Below, piece after piece: positions 38,666 through 48,119 of a DNA stretch of 64,000 nucleotides. Position 1 is the stretch's first letter. Each line of letters opens with the position of its first letter. The notes under the pieces were generated by a model. That model was not told the DNA's origin. It searched no databases and worked only from the letters and a program-made list of their open reading frames with translations. The stretch comes from Thermoactinomyces sp. Lineage in GTDB: Bacteria > Bacillota > Bacilli > Thermoactinomycetales > Thermoactinomycetaceae. Location: the NCBI GenBank assembly GCA_049587175.1, contig JBAVDL010000074.1:34118-98117 (forward strand), read 5' to 3'. The position numbers and the translations under genes were made by a program.

Positions 38666-39937
38666 ATGGTGACCGATATTGTGATGCCTCAGCTTGGGGA
38701 AAGCGTAACAGAAGGCACCATCACAACCTGGCTGAAAAAACCGGGTGACACTGTTGCAAAATATGAACCCATCTGTGAAGTAACAACGGACAAGGTGAAT
38801 GCGGAAGTTCCTTCAACCGTTGAGGGAACCGTTACGGAGATCATCGCGGAAGAAGGGGAAACGGTGGAGGTTGGACAATTGATTTGCCGGATTGATGTCA
38901 GCGGTGAAGATGCCGGGGAAGCAAACGGGGAAACCCGGGCGCCTGCCGAAGCGACGAAACCGGCGGCCAACGCCGCAGACGATTCGCAAAAAAATCGTTA
39001 CTCCCCGGCAGTACTTCGACTGGCCCGGGAAAACAACATTGATTTGACGCAACTGGTCGGCAGTGGCAAGGGAGGCCGGATCACCCGCAAAGATGTGCTT
39101 CGTGCCATTGAAGAAGGGATTGGACAATTGCGGGCGGCTCAGGCAACACCCGCAGCAGTACAGGAAAAACCGGCAGAAGCGAAAAAGGACATCAAAAAGG
39201 AAACGGCAACACTGGCAGCCGATTCCGGAACCGTTTTGGGAAACGGCGATATTGAAGTGCCTGTATCCGGTGTCCGCCGCACGATAGCCAATCGCATGGT
39301 AGAAAGCAAACATGAAGCGCCGCATGCCTGGACAATGATGGAAGTTGATGTAACCGGACTGGTTGAGCTGCGCAATCGCATGAAAAAGGACTTCCAGGAG
39401 CGTGAAGGGGTAAAACTGACTTTCATGCCTTTCTTCATCAAAGCCGTTGTCGACTCCCTGAAAGAATTTCCTTATCTCAATTCCGTCTGGGCAGAAGACA
39501 AGATCATTCTGAAGAAGCGGATCAACATTTCCATTGCCGTTGCGACAGAGGATGCGTTGTATGTACCGGTAATCCATGATGCCGATGAGAAAAATATCCT
39601 GGGACTGGCCAAGGCTGTCCAGAATCTGGTCGAAAAAACCCGTACGGGCAAATTGGAAGTTTCCGATATAAAGGGTGGAACCTTTACCGTCAATAATACC
39701 GGATCTTTTGGATCGATCCAGTCGCAACCGATTATCAATTCTCCACAGGCAGCGATTTTGTCTTTCGAATCAATCGTCAAACGTCCTGTTGTTATTAACA
39801 ACATGATTGCGGTCCGGGATATGATGAATATCTGTATGTCATTGGATCATCGGATTCTTGACGGACTGATGGCGGGGAAATTCCTAAAACGCGTAAAAGA
39901 ACGCCTGGAATCTTACGAACCGGATTCAAAGTTCTGA
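38666..39937 (+). CDS. bkdB: Lipoamide acyltransferase E2 of the BCKDH complex
   Basis: Lipoyl-lysine motif EVTTDKVNAEVPS, a PSBD region, catalytic DHRILDG. Confidence 0.9.
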   Translation: MVTDIVMPQLGESVTEGTITTWLKKPGDTVAKYEPICEVTTDKVNAEVPSTVEGTVTEIIAEEGETVEVGQLICRIDVSGEDAGEANGETRAPAEATKPAANAADDSQKNRYSPAVLRLARENNIDLTQLVGSGKGGRITRKDVLRAIEEGIGQLRAAQATPAAVQEKPAEAKKDIKKETATLAADSGTVLGNGDIEVPVSGVRRTIANRMVESKHEAPHAWTMMEVDVTGLVELRNRMKKDFQEREGVKLTFMPFFIKAVVDSLKEFPYLNSVWAEDKIILKKRINISIAVATEDALYVPVIHDADEKNILGLAKAVQNLVEKTRTGKLEVSDIKGGTFTVNNTGSFGSIQSQPIINSPQAAILSFESIVKRPVVINNMIAVRDMMNICMSLDHRILDGLMAGKFLKRVKERLESYEPDSKF

Positions 39938-39949
39938 CCGAAATATATG

Positions 39950-39983
39950 AAGGCACCCACTGAACCCGGGTGCCTTGTTTATT
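39950..39983 (+). terminator. Intrinsic terminator of the bkd operon
   Basis: AAGGCACCC 39950-58 pairs with GGGTGCCTT 39968-76, then a T-rich tract. Confidence 0.7.
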
Positions 39984-40058
39984 CAAACAGGGTTTAAAAA
40001 ATTTCAAGGAAATGAACCGATTTTCTTTGCAAAACTGGAGGGAATAATCGAAACAGAG

Positions 40059-40463
40059 TCAGCTCTTTCTTGCAGAAAATTTTTTTGCGATCAGGCACCA
40101 AGTTCCTGTGACAACAAAAATTATTCCTGGAAAGATCAGTGGAGAAAGAGGATTTCCGCCGCTATAAGGCAACCTGGTTAGCCCGGTATACATAATGCTC
40201 CCCAAACATAATAAACCTGTTAAAGCAAAAGCCCATCCGCTTCTTGCAGAATGAGTTTTCAACTGTTTTGGAAAGGAAAAATGGAAAACCGGCAACGTCA
40301 AAACAAGTAAAAGCCAGTACAGGGGGATGCAAGAGTCCTGGGACTCTGCAACCCCTTCATTAAATATAGTTTCACCAAATAGCACCAGTATCGATCCCCC
40401 GAGCAAGAACAGGGATCCCAGCCCATTTAACACAAAGACAATCGCCGTACTCCATTTGTTCAT
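40059..40463 (-). CDS. Hypothetical 4-TM membrane protein
   Basis: ATG at 40463 follows SD ggagg. MNKWSTAIVFVLNGLGSLFLLGG... Hydrophobic throughout. Confidence 0.5.
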   Translation of the reverse strand: MNKWSTAIVFVLNGLGSLFLLGGSILVLFGETIFNEGVAESQDSCIPLYWLLLVLTLPVFHFSFPKQLKTHSARSGWAFALTGLLCLGSIMYTGLTRLPYSGGNPLSPLIFPGIIFVVTGTWCLIAKKFSARKS

Positions 40464-41018
40464 CCTGTTTCCTCCAAATACCATATTGTGAATTTTTGTC
40501 TTGATGCTGAAACTGGCAACCGGGGCAATGAAATGTGTTGAGCGTATCGTTTTCTGCTTCTTTCAGGCAGATAAAGATGTATTGGCCAAAGAAATGCTAA
40601 AAACGCCGGGAGAATCATGAAGAAGTTGTCCGGCTTGCTGCTGCTTTTTCCGGGGTGCCGGTGTTTATAAGTTTTCCTTGCTGTTAACCAAAGAAATAGA
40701 TAGAACCTGCCGGGTTGGAGATATCGGACAGTGTGGGAATTGATAAAATTGTTCTGTATGCGCATTCCTTTTGGGGACAGACCTGCTGCTTATCATACTG
40801 GCAGGTGTTTTTTAATCAAATCAGGATTGAAAGGATCGTACCAAGAGAAGAAACATATGTGCAATTATCGTATTTCAAAAAGAAGAGGCCAAGAAAAAGG
40901 AATTTTATTAAAAATAGAAAACTTCCAGATAAAAGCAGACAGCCTGACTTCTTATTCGTTACATTTATTATTGTAATTCAAAAGGGGTTTGGCTGATGCG
41001 GCTGGCATAAAGTGTTGC

Positions 41019-41058
41019 AAAAAAATCAAGGTTTTCACCGACATGGTGAAAACCTTGA
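41019..41058 (-). terminator. Very strong intrinsic terminator (14-bp perfect stem)
   Basis: TCAAGGTTTTCACC 41026-39 pairs with GGTGAAAACCTTGA 41045-58. The plus-strand A7 (41019-25) gives a U-tract on the minus strand. Confidence 0.75.
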
Positions 41059-41076
41059 CTGAATTTTACGGAGTAA

Positions 41077-41238
41077 TTAAAGTCCGATAAAGAAATCGTA
41101 CAAAGCCAGTAAGGTTACCCCGGTAATCCCCAGCGAAAAAAGTCCGCCGAGAACAAGACCGGGTTTGTTCCCGGTTTTTTTGTTGTACCATGTTCCCCAA
41201 AGGGCAAAGATACTGATTAATACAAGAAGGGGTACCAT
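41077..41238 (-). CDS. Small two-TM membrane protein (53 aa) candidate
   Basis: MVPLLVLISIFALWGTWYNKKTGNKPGLVLGGLFSLGITGVTLLALYDFFIGL. The stop lies 18 nt before the strong terminator. SD is weak. Confidence 0.4.
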   Translation of the reverse strand: MVPLLVLISIFALWGTWYNKKTGNKPGLVLGGLFSLGITGVTLLALYDFFIGL

Positions 41239-41583
41239 AAAATAATCCACTTTTTGCACCTGCTTTCTTTTTTGTATTAAACAAGTCGTTTCAATTTTCA
41301 GTATAAACGAATATTTTGCCCTTTGAAAGTAAGTCGGAAGAAAATCAGAACAGGAAGATGCTTGATGCCAGTGTTGTAACAATCATTGTCAGGATAATCA
41401 AATAAACAATTGTTTTGATCCAGGCTGGTTTCAAAATCATTCACCTCAAAATCATATTTTAATCAACATTTTTTTGCTTGTCCACGTGATTAGCCATTGC
41501 AAATAACATTCCAAACAAGCATAATATTTGGTATATTAAAAAGTAAAAATGTTTTATACAATATTGAGAGGAGATCGTAAAAT

Positions 41584-43233
41584 ATGAAGAAAAAGACTTT
41601 GGAAGAAGAAGAGCTTTTCAAAAATTGGAAAGAAAAGACGGAACAACTCCTGCAAAAAAGACCGGAACGGAAAAACAGGTTTCAAACAATGTCTGATATT
41701 GAAGTGAAACGTATTTATACAGAGGCGGACCGGCCAGAGGAAAGCCCGGGGCTGCCCGGAGTGTTTCCTTATACCCGCGGCATCCATCCGACCATGTATC
41801 GCAGCCGGTTATGGACAATGCGCCAATATGCCGGTTTTGGTTCGGCAGAGGAAACCAACAAACGCTTTCGTTATCTTTTGGAGCAGGGACAGACGGGATT
41901 AAGCGTTGCTTTTGATTTGCCGACACAAATTGGTTTTGATTCCGATGATCCCATGTCCTCGGGAGAAGTGGGGAAAGTAGGAGTAGCCATTGACTCTCTC
42001 AAGGATATGGAGAAACTGTTTGAAGGCATTCCGCTTGATCAGGTAAGTACTTCCATGACCATCAATGCTCCGGCGTCCGTTTTATTGGCCATGTATATTG
42101 CCGTAGGTGAAAAACAGGGAGTCAAATCCCGGGATTTGCGAGGAACCATCCAAAACGATATTTTAAAAGAATATATTGCCCGCGGAACTTATATTTTCCC
42201 GCCAAAACCATCCATGCGGCTGATTACCGATGTGTTTAAATATTGTGCCGAATTTGTGCCAAAATGGAATACGATCAGTATCAGCGGGTATCACATACGG
42301 GAAGCCGGTTCTACCGCTGTTCAGGAAGTTGCTTTTACGCTGTCCGACGGTATTGCCTATGTGGAAGCCGCCATTCGGGCAGGGCTGGAAGTAGATCAGT
42401 TTGCTCCCCGTTTATCCTTTTTCTTTAATGCACACAATAATTTCTTTGAAGAAATTGCCAAATTCCGTGCAGCACGCCGGATATGGGCCAAAATCATGAA
42501 AGAGCGTTTTCACGCGTCGAACGAGCGCTCGTTACAATTACGCTTTCATACGCAAACGGGTGGTTCTACCTTGACTGCCCAACAGCCGGACAACAATATA
42601 GTCCGTGTAACTCTGCAAGCTTTGGCAGCAGTACTGGGCGGCACACAAAGTCTGCATACCAATTCACGCGATGAAGCCCTGGCGCTGCCAACCGAAGAAT
42701 CAGCCCGGATTGCCCTGCGCACCCAGCAAATTATTGCTTACGAAAGTGGTGTGGCCGATACCGTTGATCCATTGGGCGGATCTTACTATATTGAGGCATT
42801 AACCAAACAAATGGAAGAGGAAATCTGGCGTTACATTGAAAAGATCGATGAGATGGGCGGTGCCGTAAATGCGGTTGAGCAGGGATATATGCAGCAGGAG
42901 ATTCATCGCGCCGCATTGGAAACACAAAGACGGATTGAATCGGGAGAAGAGGTGGTTGTCGGGTTGAACCGATATCAGATTGAACAGGAAGCAGAACCCC
43001 AGCTGCTTCGGGTAGACCCGTCAATTGAGAAACAGCAATTGGCAAAATTGTCGGAACTGAAAGCGAATCGCAACTTGTCGGAAGTAGAGGAAAAGTTGGA
43101 CAGACTTAAAAAAGCTGCTGAAAGTACAGACAATTTGATGCCCCATATTTTAAGTGCGGTCAAAGCATATTGCACGGTCGGAGAGATCTGCCATGCATTG
43201 CGTGAAGTTTTTGGAGAGTATCGTGCTGTATAA
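41584..43233 (+). CDS. Methylmalonyl-CoA mutase, catalytic (large) subunit of a split enzyme
   Basis: 549 aa. [25 protein letters not shown]...[17 protein letters not shown]. Followed by a separate B12-binding subunit, an epimerase and a carboxyltransferase. Confidence 0.9.
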   Translation: MKKKTLEEEELFKNWKEKTEQLLQKRPERKNRFQTMSDIEVKRIYTEADRPEESPGLPGVFPYTRGIHPTMYRSRLWTMRQYAGFGSAEETNKRFRYLLEQGQTGLSVAFDLPTQIGFDSDDPMSSGEVGKVGVAIDSLKDMEKLFEGIPLDQVSTSMTINAPASVLLAMYIAVGEKQGVKSRDLRGTIQNDILKEYIARGTYIFPPKPSMRLITDVFKYCAEFVPKWNTISISGYHIREAGSTAVQEVAFTLSDGIAYVEAAIRAGLEVDQFAPRLSFFFNAHNNFFEEIAKFRAARRIWAKIMKERFHASNERSLQLRFHTQTGGSTLTAQQPDNNIVRVTLQALAAVLGGTQSLHTNSRDEALALPTEESARIALRTQQIIAYESGVADTVDPLGGSYYIEALTKQMEEEIWRYIEKIDEMGGAVNAVEQGYMQQEIHRAALETQRRIESGEEVVVGLNRYQIEQEAEPQLLRVDPSIEKQQLAKLSELKANRNLSEVEEKLDRLKKAAESTDNLMPHILSAVKAYCTVGEICHALREVFGEYRAV

Positions 43234-43250
43234 AAAGAGGAGGAAGGAAA

Positions 43251-43664
43251 ATGGAACGACCTATTCGTGTATTGATTGCCAAGCCGGGACTGGATGGCCA
43301 TGACCGGGGAGCACTGGTGATTGCCCAGGCTTTGAGGGATGAGGGAATGGAAGTCATTTATACAGGATTGCGCCAAACGCCTGCGCAAATTGCAGCTGCA
43401 GCTGTTCAGGAGGATGTTGATGTGGTTGGACTGTCCTGTCTGTCCGGTGCGCATAACGAGTTGTTTCCTGAAGTTGTGCGCTTGCTGAAAGAACAGGATG
43501 CAGGAGACATTCTGGTTATTGCCGGCGGGGTCATCCCGAAAGAAGATATAGCCTATCTCAAAAAACACGAAATTGCGGAAGTGTTCACTCCGGGGACACC
43601 CACCAGGGCAATCGCGGACTTTATCCGGCAAGCAATTGCCGAAAAGGAGAAATTGTCGTTATGA
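43251..43664 (+). CDS. Methylmalonyl-CoA mutase B12-binding (small) subunit
   Basis: 137 aa with the DxHxxG cobalamin motif (GLDGHDRGA). Confidence 0.9.
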   Translation: MERPIRVLIAKPGLDGHDRGALVIAQALRDEGMEVIYTGLRQTPAQIAAAAVQEDVDVVGLSCLSGAHNELFPEVVRLLKEQDAGDILVIAGGVIPKEDIAYLKKHEIAEVFTPGTPTRAIADFIRQAIAEKEKLSL

Positions 43665-44086
43665 GCACAGTAAATCCCCAAAAAATTAGTCATATCGGAA
43701 TTGCTGTCAAAAGCCTGGATGAGGCAATCCCTTTTTACCGTGATGTACTGGGACTTGTCTATGAGGGTGAAGAAACGGTTGGAAGCGAACAGGTACGGGT
43801 TGCTTTCTTTCAGATTGGCGAAAGCCGGATCGAACTCCTGGAACCATTATCTGAAGAAAGCGCCATTTATAAATTCTTGCAAAATAGAGGCGAAGGCATT
43901 CATCATTTGGCATTGGAAGTAAGCGATATAAAACAGAGAATATCTGACCTGAAACAAAAAGGAATCCGCATGATTCAGGAAAATCCCAAAAAAGGAGCAC
44001 ACCGGATGAATATCGCTTTTCTGCATCCCGGATCAACAGGCCGGGTTCTGATTGAAATTTGTGAACCGCAGCATGGAGAGGAGTAA
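43661..44086 (+). CDS. mce: Methylmalonyl-CoA epimerase (VOC/glyoxalase fold)
   Basis: 141 aa. ISHIGIAVKSLDEAIPFY...GEGIHHLALEV. ATGA overlap with the upstream gene. Confidence 0.85.
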   Translation: MSTVNPQKISHIGIAVKSLDEAIPFYRDVLGLVYEGEETVGSEQVRVAFFQIGESRIELLEPLSEESAIYKFLQNRGEGIHHLALEVSDIKQRISDLKQKGIRMIQENPKKGAHRMNIAFLHPGSTGRVLIEICEPQHGEE

Positions 44087-44093
44087 ACATCAG

Positions 44094-45644
44094 ATGAATA
44101 TGCATCTAAAAATCGAGGAATTGTATAAAAGGCGGCGAAAAGTTGAATTGGGCGGCGGAGAAAAGCGAATCCGCGCACAATACAATAAAGGAAAATTGAC
44201 AGCCCGCGAACGGATCGATTTGTTGCTGGATGATGACAGTTTTGTTGAGTTGAATCCTTTTATTGAACATCGGGCCGTTCATTTTGGAATGGATCAAAAA
44301 GAAGCACCGGGCGAAGGGGTTGTTACAGGATACGGGAAAATTAACGGGCGAGACGTTTATGTATTTGCCCAGGATTTTACAGTTTTTGGCGGGGCATTGG
44401 GAGAAATGCACGCCCTTAAAATCGCACGGTTAATGGATCTGGCGGCAAAGAACGGGGCTCCGGTCATCGGCCTGAACGATTCGGGGGGAGCGAGAATTCA
44501 GGAAGGTGTTGTTTCTCTGGACGGGTACGGGCATATCTTTTACCGCAACTCCATTTACTCTGGTGTAATCCCGCAAATCTCAGTCATTATGGGGCCATGT
44601 GCCGGTGGAGCCGTTTATTCGCCAGCGATTACCGACTTTGTATTTATGGTTGAAAAAACCAGCCAAATGTTTATAACCGGGCCCAAGGTAATTGAAGCCG
44701 TAACAAAGGAGAAAATTTCTTCAGAATCTTTGGGCGGTGCGAAGGTTCATGCCAGTGTAAGCGGGAATGCCCATTTTACTGCAGCAAGTGAACCGGAAGT
44801 ATTGGAACAGGTTCGCCGACTGATCGGTTTCCTGCCTCAAAATCATAAGGAATCCCCGCCACAGCTCCCATTTGAAGAAAAAGACGATGACTGGATTGAG
44901 GAACTGGCTGAAATTGTACCTGTGGAAGAAACAAAAGTATATGATGTGCGAAAAGTGATCGAACTTGTTGTGGATCATGGAGATTTTATGGAGGTACACG
45001 AACAGTTTGCCCGAAACATGGTAGTGGGTTTTGCCCGGATTGGCGGCCGGACTGTTGGAATAGCTGCCAATCAGCCAAAAGTGATGGCTGGCAGTCTCGA
45101 TATTGATTCTTCTGATAAACTGAGCCGGTTTATTCGTTTTTGCGACAGTTTCAACATTCCCATTATAACTTTTGAAGATGTAACCGGGTTTTTTCCGGGA
45201 GTTAATCAGGAACACCGTGGTATAATACGACATGGAGCAAAGATTTTATACGCTTATTCGGAAGCTACTGTTCCCAAAATTACAGTTATTTTGCGAAAAG
45301 CATTCGGAGGCGCTTATGTTGCCTTAAACAGCAAGGCAATCGGAGCTGATCTGGTTTTTGCCTGGCCAAGCGCAGAGATTGCGGTGATGGGTGCACAAGG
45401 GGCAGCCAATATTATTTTCAGCCGGGATATCAGAGAAAGCGAGAATCCGGAACAAACCAGACAGGAACGAATTGCAGAATATAAAGAGAAATTTTCAAAT
45501 CCATATGTAGCAGCCAGCCATGGCATGGTTGATGATGTGATCGATCCACGGGAAACAAGACATAAACTGAAACAGGCATTAAACATGTTGCAAAATAAAG
45601 AGGAATATCGCCCTGCCAAAAAACATGGCAATATTCCGTTATAA
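44094..45644 (+). CDS. Acyl-CoA carboxylase carboxyltransferase subunit (propionyl-CoA carboxylase beta / methylmalonyl-CoA carboxyltransferase, YqjD-like)
   Basis: About 516 aa, crotonase-like tandem CT domains (GGARIQEGV...). The ATG at 44094 follows ggagagg. Confidence 0.9.
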   Translation: MNMHLKIEELYKRRRKVELGGGEKRIRAQYNKGKLTARERIDLLLDDDSFVELNPFIEHRAVHFGMDQKEAPGEGVVTGYGKINGRDVYVFAQDFTVFGGALGEMHALKIARLMDLAAKNGAPVIGLNDSGGARIQEGVVSLDGYGHIFYRNSIYSGVIPQISVIMGPCAGGAVYSPAITDFVFMVEKTSQMFITGPKVIEAVTKEKISSESLGGAKVHASVSGNAHFTAASEPEVLEQVRRLIGFLPQNHKESPPQLPFEEKDDDWIEELAEIVPVEETKVYDVRKVIELVVDHGDFMEVHEQFARNMVVGFARIGGRTVGIAANQPKVMAGSLDIDSSDKLSRFIRFCDSFNIPIITFEDVTGFFPGVNQEHRGIIRHGAKILYAYSEATVPKITVILRKAFGGAYVALNSKAIGADLVFAWPSAEIAVMGAQGAANIIFSRDIRESENPEQTRQERIAEYKEKFSNPYVAASHGMVDDVIDPRETRHKLKQALNMLQNKEEYRPAKKHGNIPL

Positions 45645-45675
45645 TTTTTAATACAGGAACTGAAAACAGTTGCAG

Positions 45676-45716
45676 GAAAGTGGGAAACAATATTTGTTTG
45701 CCACTTTCTTTTGTAT
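45676..45716 (+). terminator. Intrinsic terminator after the carboxyltransferase gene
   Basis: GAAAGTGGGAAACA 45676-89 pairs with TGTTTGCCACTTTC 45695-708 (13 of 14 positions), then a T-rich tract. Confidence 0.6.
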
Positions 45717-46003
45717 TTAAAAGTGGTTCTGGCAGTAAGAAATAGACAAAAAATGGGTAATAAAGGAAAAAAATGAGGAAATAAATCTTAAAAAATTATG
45801 TTGAAAAATGGTAAAATAAAGGATGGTTAATTGGATTTACAAGTATACAGGTTGGATTTATCGTTTCAAGAGATCTTCATGTAACCGTTTTATTTGGCTT
45901 TAAATCTTTATCTGTCAAACAATCCCCCCGGTTCCTGTCCAGTCCGTTTCCGAAATCGCCAGGATGACAGGATAAAAATTTTTTAGTGAATGGAGGCATT
46001 TCA

Positions 46004-47152
46004 TTGGTAGATCAACAGCGACTCTTTAATGAATTTATTGAACTGGTTAAAACGGATAGCGAAACAGGTGATGAACGGGAAATCTGCGATTTGCTGAAAG
46101 GAAAATTGACAGCACTCGGTTTTGAAGTAGTGGAAGACGATTCGGCTGAGAAAACGGGACATGGGGCAGGAAATCTTGTAGCCACATTAAATGGTACATT
46201 GGATAACGCTCCCAAGATTTATTTTACCTGTCATATGGATACCGTTGCTCCGGGAAAAGGAATTAAACCGATCCTGAAGGACGGCTATTTTGAATCGAAT
46301 GGGACAACCATTCTGGGAAGCGATGATAAGGCCGGTCTGGCAGCCCTGATGGAAGGAATTCGTTTGATGAAAGAACAAAATATCCCGCATGGTCAAATCC
46401 AGCTTGTAATTACCGCCGGAGAGGAATCTGGCCTGGCAGGTTCAAGGCATCTGGATACAAGCCTGGTTGATGCGGATTTTGGATTTGCAATCGATTCAAA
46501 CGGGCCAGTCGGGGAAATTATTATTTCTGCTCCTTCCCAGGTCAAAATTTTTACAACGATTCATGGAAAAGCAGCTCACGCTGGCGTTAATCCGGAAGAT
46601 GGCATCAGCGCCATCCAAGTTGCCAGCCGCGCTATTTCCAAAATGCGTCTGGGCAGGATCGACAGTGAGACAACGGCCAATGTCGGTTTTTTCAAGGGAG
46701 GAACAGCCAGCAATGTTGTTCCGGACAAAGTGGAGATCGTTTCTGAAGCACGCAGCCGCAATGAAATCAAACTGAAAGCGCAAGTAAAACATATGGAGAA
46801 AACTTTCAAGGAAGTAGCGGAAGAGTTTGGGGCCAGGGCCGAAGTTGAGACCAGGGTTTTATATCCTTCATTCAAGTTTTCGGAAGAGGATCTGGTTGTG
46901 AAGAAGGCAATTGCAGCGGTTGAAAAAATTGGGCGAACTCCCAAAGTAACCGTAAGCGGCGGTGGCAGTGATGCCAACGTTATGGCTGGATACGGCTTCC
47001 CCACTGTAAACCTTGGCATCGGTTATGAAAACATCCATACAACCAGTGAACGGATGCCGGTCAAAGAACTGATTAAAGCGGTGGAACTTGTTCTTGCCCT
47101 GATTGAAGAAAGTGCCAAAGTTCCTTCCGGAAGTACTGAGGTTACCCAATAA
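46004..47152 (+). CDS. M20-family peptidase (PepT/YqjE-like tripeptidase or deacylase)
   Basis: ..FIELVKTDSETGDEREI..., HMDTV metal site, GSDDKAG, ITAGEE. The TTG at 46004 follows aatggagg; the track start is 45986. Confidence 0.8.
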   Translation: MVDQQRLFNEFIELVKTDSETGDEREICDLLKGKLTALGFEVVEDDSAEKTGHGAGNLVATLNGTLDNAPKIYFTCHMDTVAPGKGIKPILKDGYFESNGTTILGSDDKAGLAALMEGIRLMKEQNIPHGQIQLVITAGEESGLAGSRHLDTSLVDADFGFAIDSNGPVGEIIISAPSQVKIFTTIHGKAAHAGVNPEDGISAIQVASRAISKMRLGRIDSETTANVGFFKGGTASNVVPDKVEIVSEARSRNEIKLKAQVKHMEKTFKEVAEEFGARAEVETRVLYPSFKFSEEDLVVKKAIAAVEKIGRTPKVTVSGGGSDANVMAGYGFPTVNLGIGYENIHTTSERMPVKELIKAVELVLALIEESAKVPSGSTEVTQ

Positions 47153-47167
47153 CAAGGGATTTCCGGG

Positions 47168-47211
47168 AAAAAAGAGAACCCTGCAGGTTTCCGGGGTTCT
47201 CTGTTTTTTTA
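47168..47211. terminator. Bidirectional intrinsic terminator between convergent genes
   Basis: AGAGAACCC 47173-81 pairs with GGGTTCTCT 47194-202, flanked by A6 upstream and T8 downstream. Confidence 0.75.
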
Positions 47212-47249
47212 TTGATGGATCGGGATTGAATATGTATCATCATTGCAAA

Positions 47250-48098
47250 TCAGGTAAAAAAATCTTTACTGTAACCAGGGGCAATGATTTTTAATTTTTC
47301 CATAATCCTCCGTTTCCGGTACAGCATCATTCCTGCTTCTGCCACTTCCTCAATGGTAAACCGATTGATGATTGCCCCGAAAACAATGCCGATGACAGGA
47401 ACAAGCTGAAAAAGCTTTTTCCAACCGTAATTGTCACCATAGTTAATTATTACTTCCCTCCAGCCCTGAAACTCGGAAATGGCTTCCCGCTGAACTTTGC
47501 CTGAATCGGTCTCTGCCAGTTGCTCCAGAATGGTTTTTTTCCCGACGAAATCAGAAGATGCAAATTGCAGGCATTTGACAATAAAGATACGTTCTTTTTT
47601 TTCACGGGGCTGGTAACCATAGATCAATGCCATTTCCTGAAGTACCCGCAGGGATATTCCAACCAAGGCCGGAATATCAATGGCAAGTGTAAATATGCCT
47701 CCAAAACCGGTGGTTGCTCCTTGCATGGTTGCAATCTGTTTGTGATGTTCCTTGGTCTCTTCGGCAACCTTGTTTAACACGGACAGGGGAACGTGGGCAA
47801 CCTCTTCAAGAGAGAGAGAGCCGTTTTTGATTCCCGCCGCTTTGGAAACACGATTTAACGTTTCTTGATCGTTGATCAGATACTGTCCGCCAGTTTGAAT
47901 GTAGCTTCCCAATTCATCCAGGAGTTTTCCGAGCATTTCCTGTACTTTTTTGGGGATCAATTTATCCAGGAGCACAAAGGGGAGACGCCCGATTTTTTCC
48001 CAGAACCATAAATCTTTTTGATCTTTTTCCCAACGACGGATCGCTTCCAGTTCTTGCAATAAGACCTCTTTGCTTTCAAGCGGAAATAAATAGTTCAT
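47250..48098 (-). CDS. EcsC-family protein
   Basis: 282 aa. Overall pattern (RWEKD...WFWEKIGRLPF...LIYGY...RRI) resembles the EcsC family. Assigned by recollection only. Confidence 0.55.
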   Translation of the reverse strand: MNYLFPLESKEVLLQELEAIRRWEKDQKDLWFWEKIGRLPFVLLDKLIPKKVQEMLGKLLDELGSYIQTGGQYLINDQETLNRVSKAAGIKNGSLSLEEVAHVPLSVLNKVAEETKEHHKQIATMQGATTGFGGIFTLAIDIPALVGISLRVLQEMALIYGYQPREKKERIFIVKCLQFASSDFVGKKTILEQLAETDSGKVQREAISEFQGWREVIINYGDNYGWKKLFQLVPVIGIVFGAIINRFTIEEVAEAGMMLYRKRRIMEKLKIIAPGYSKDFFT

Positions 48099-48119
48099 TT
48101 ATCCAGCCCTCACCTCTTC

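Noticed and set aside
38813-39727. 304-aa minus-strand ORF inside bkdB
   Set aside because: It is antisense to the E2 frame with the lipoyl and DHRILDG motifs. Shadow ORF.
42975-43631. 218-aa minus-strand ORF over the mutase subunit junction
   Set aside because: It is antisense to the frames carrying the DxHxxG B12 motif and the mutase C-terminus. Shadow ORF.
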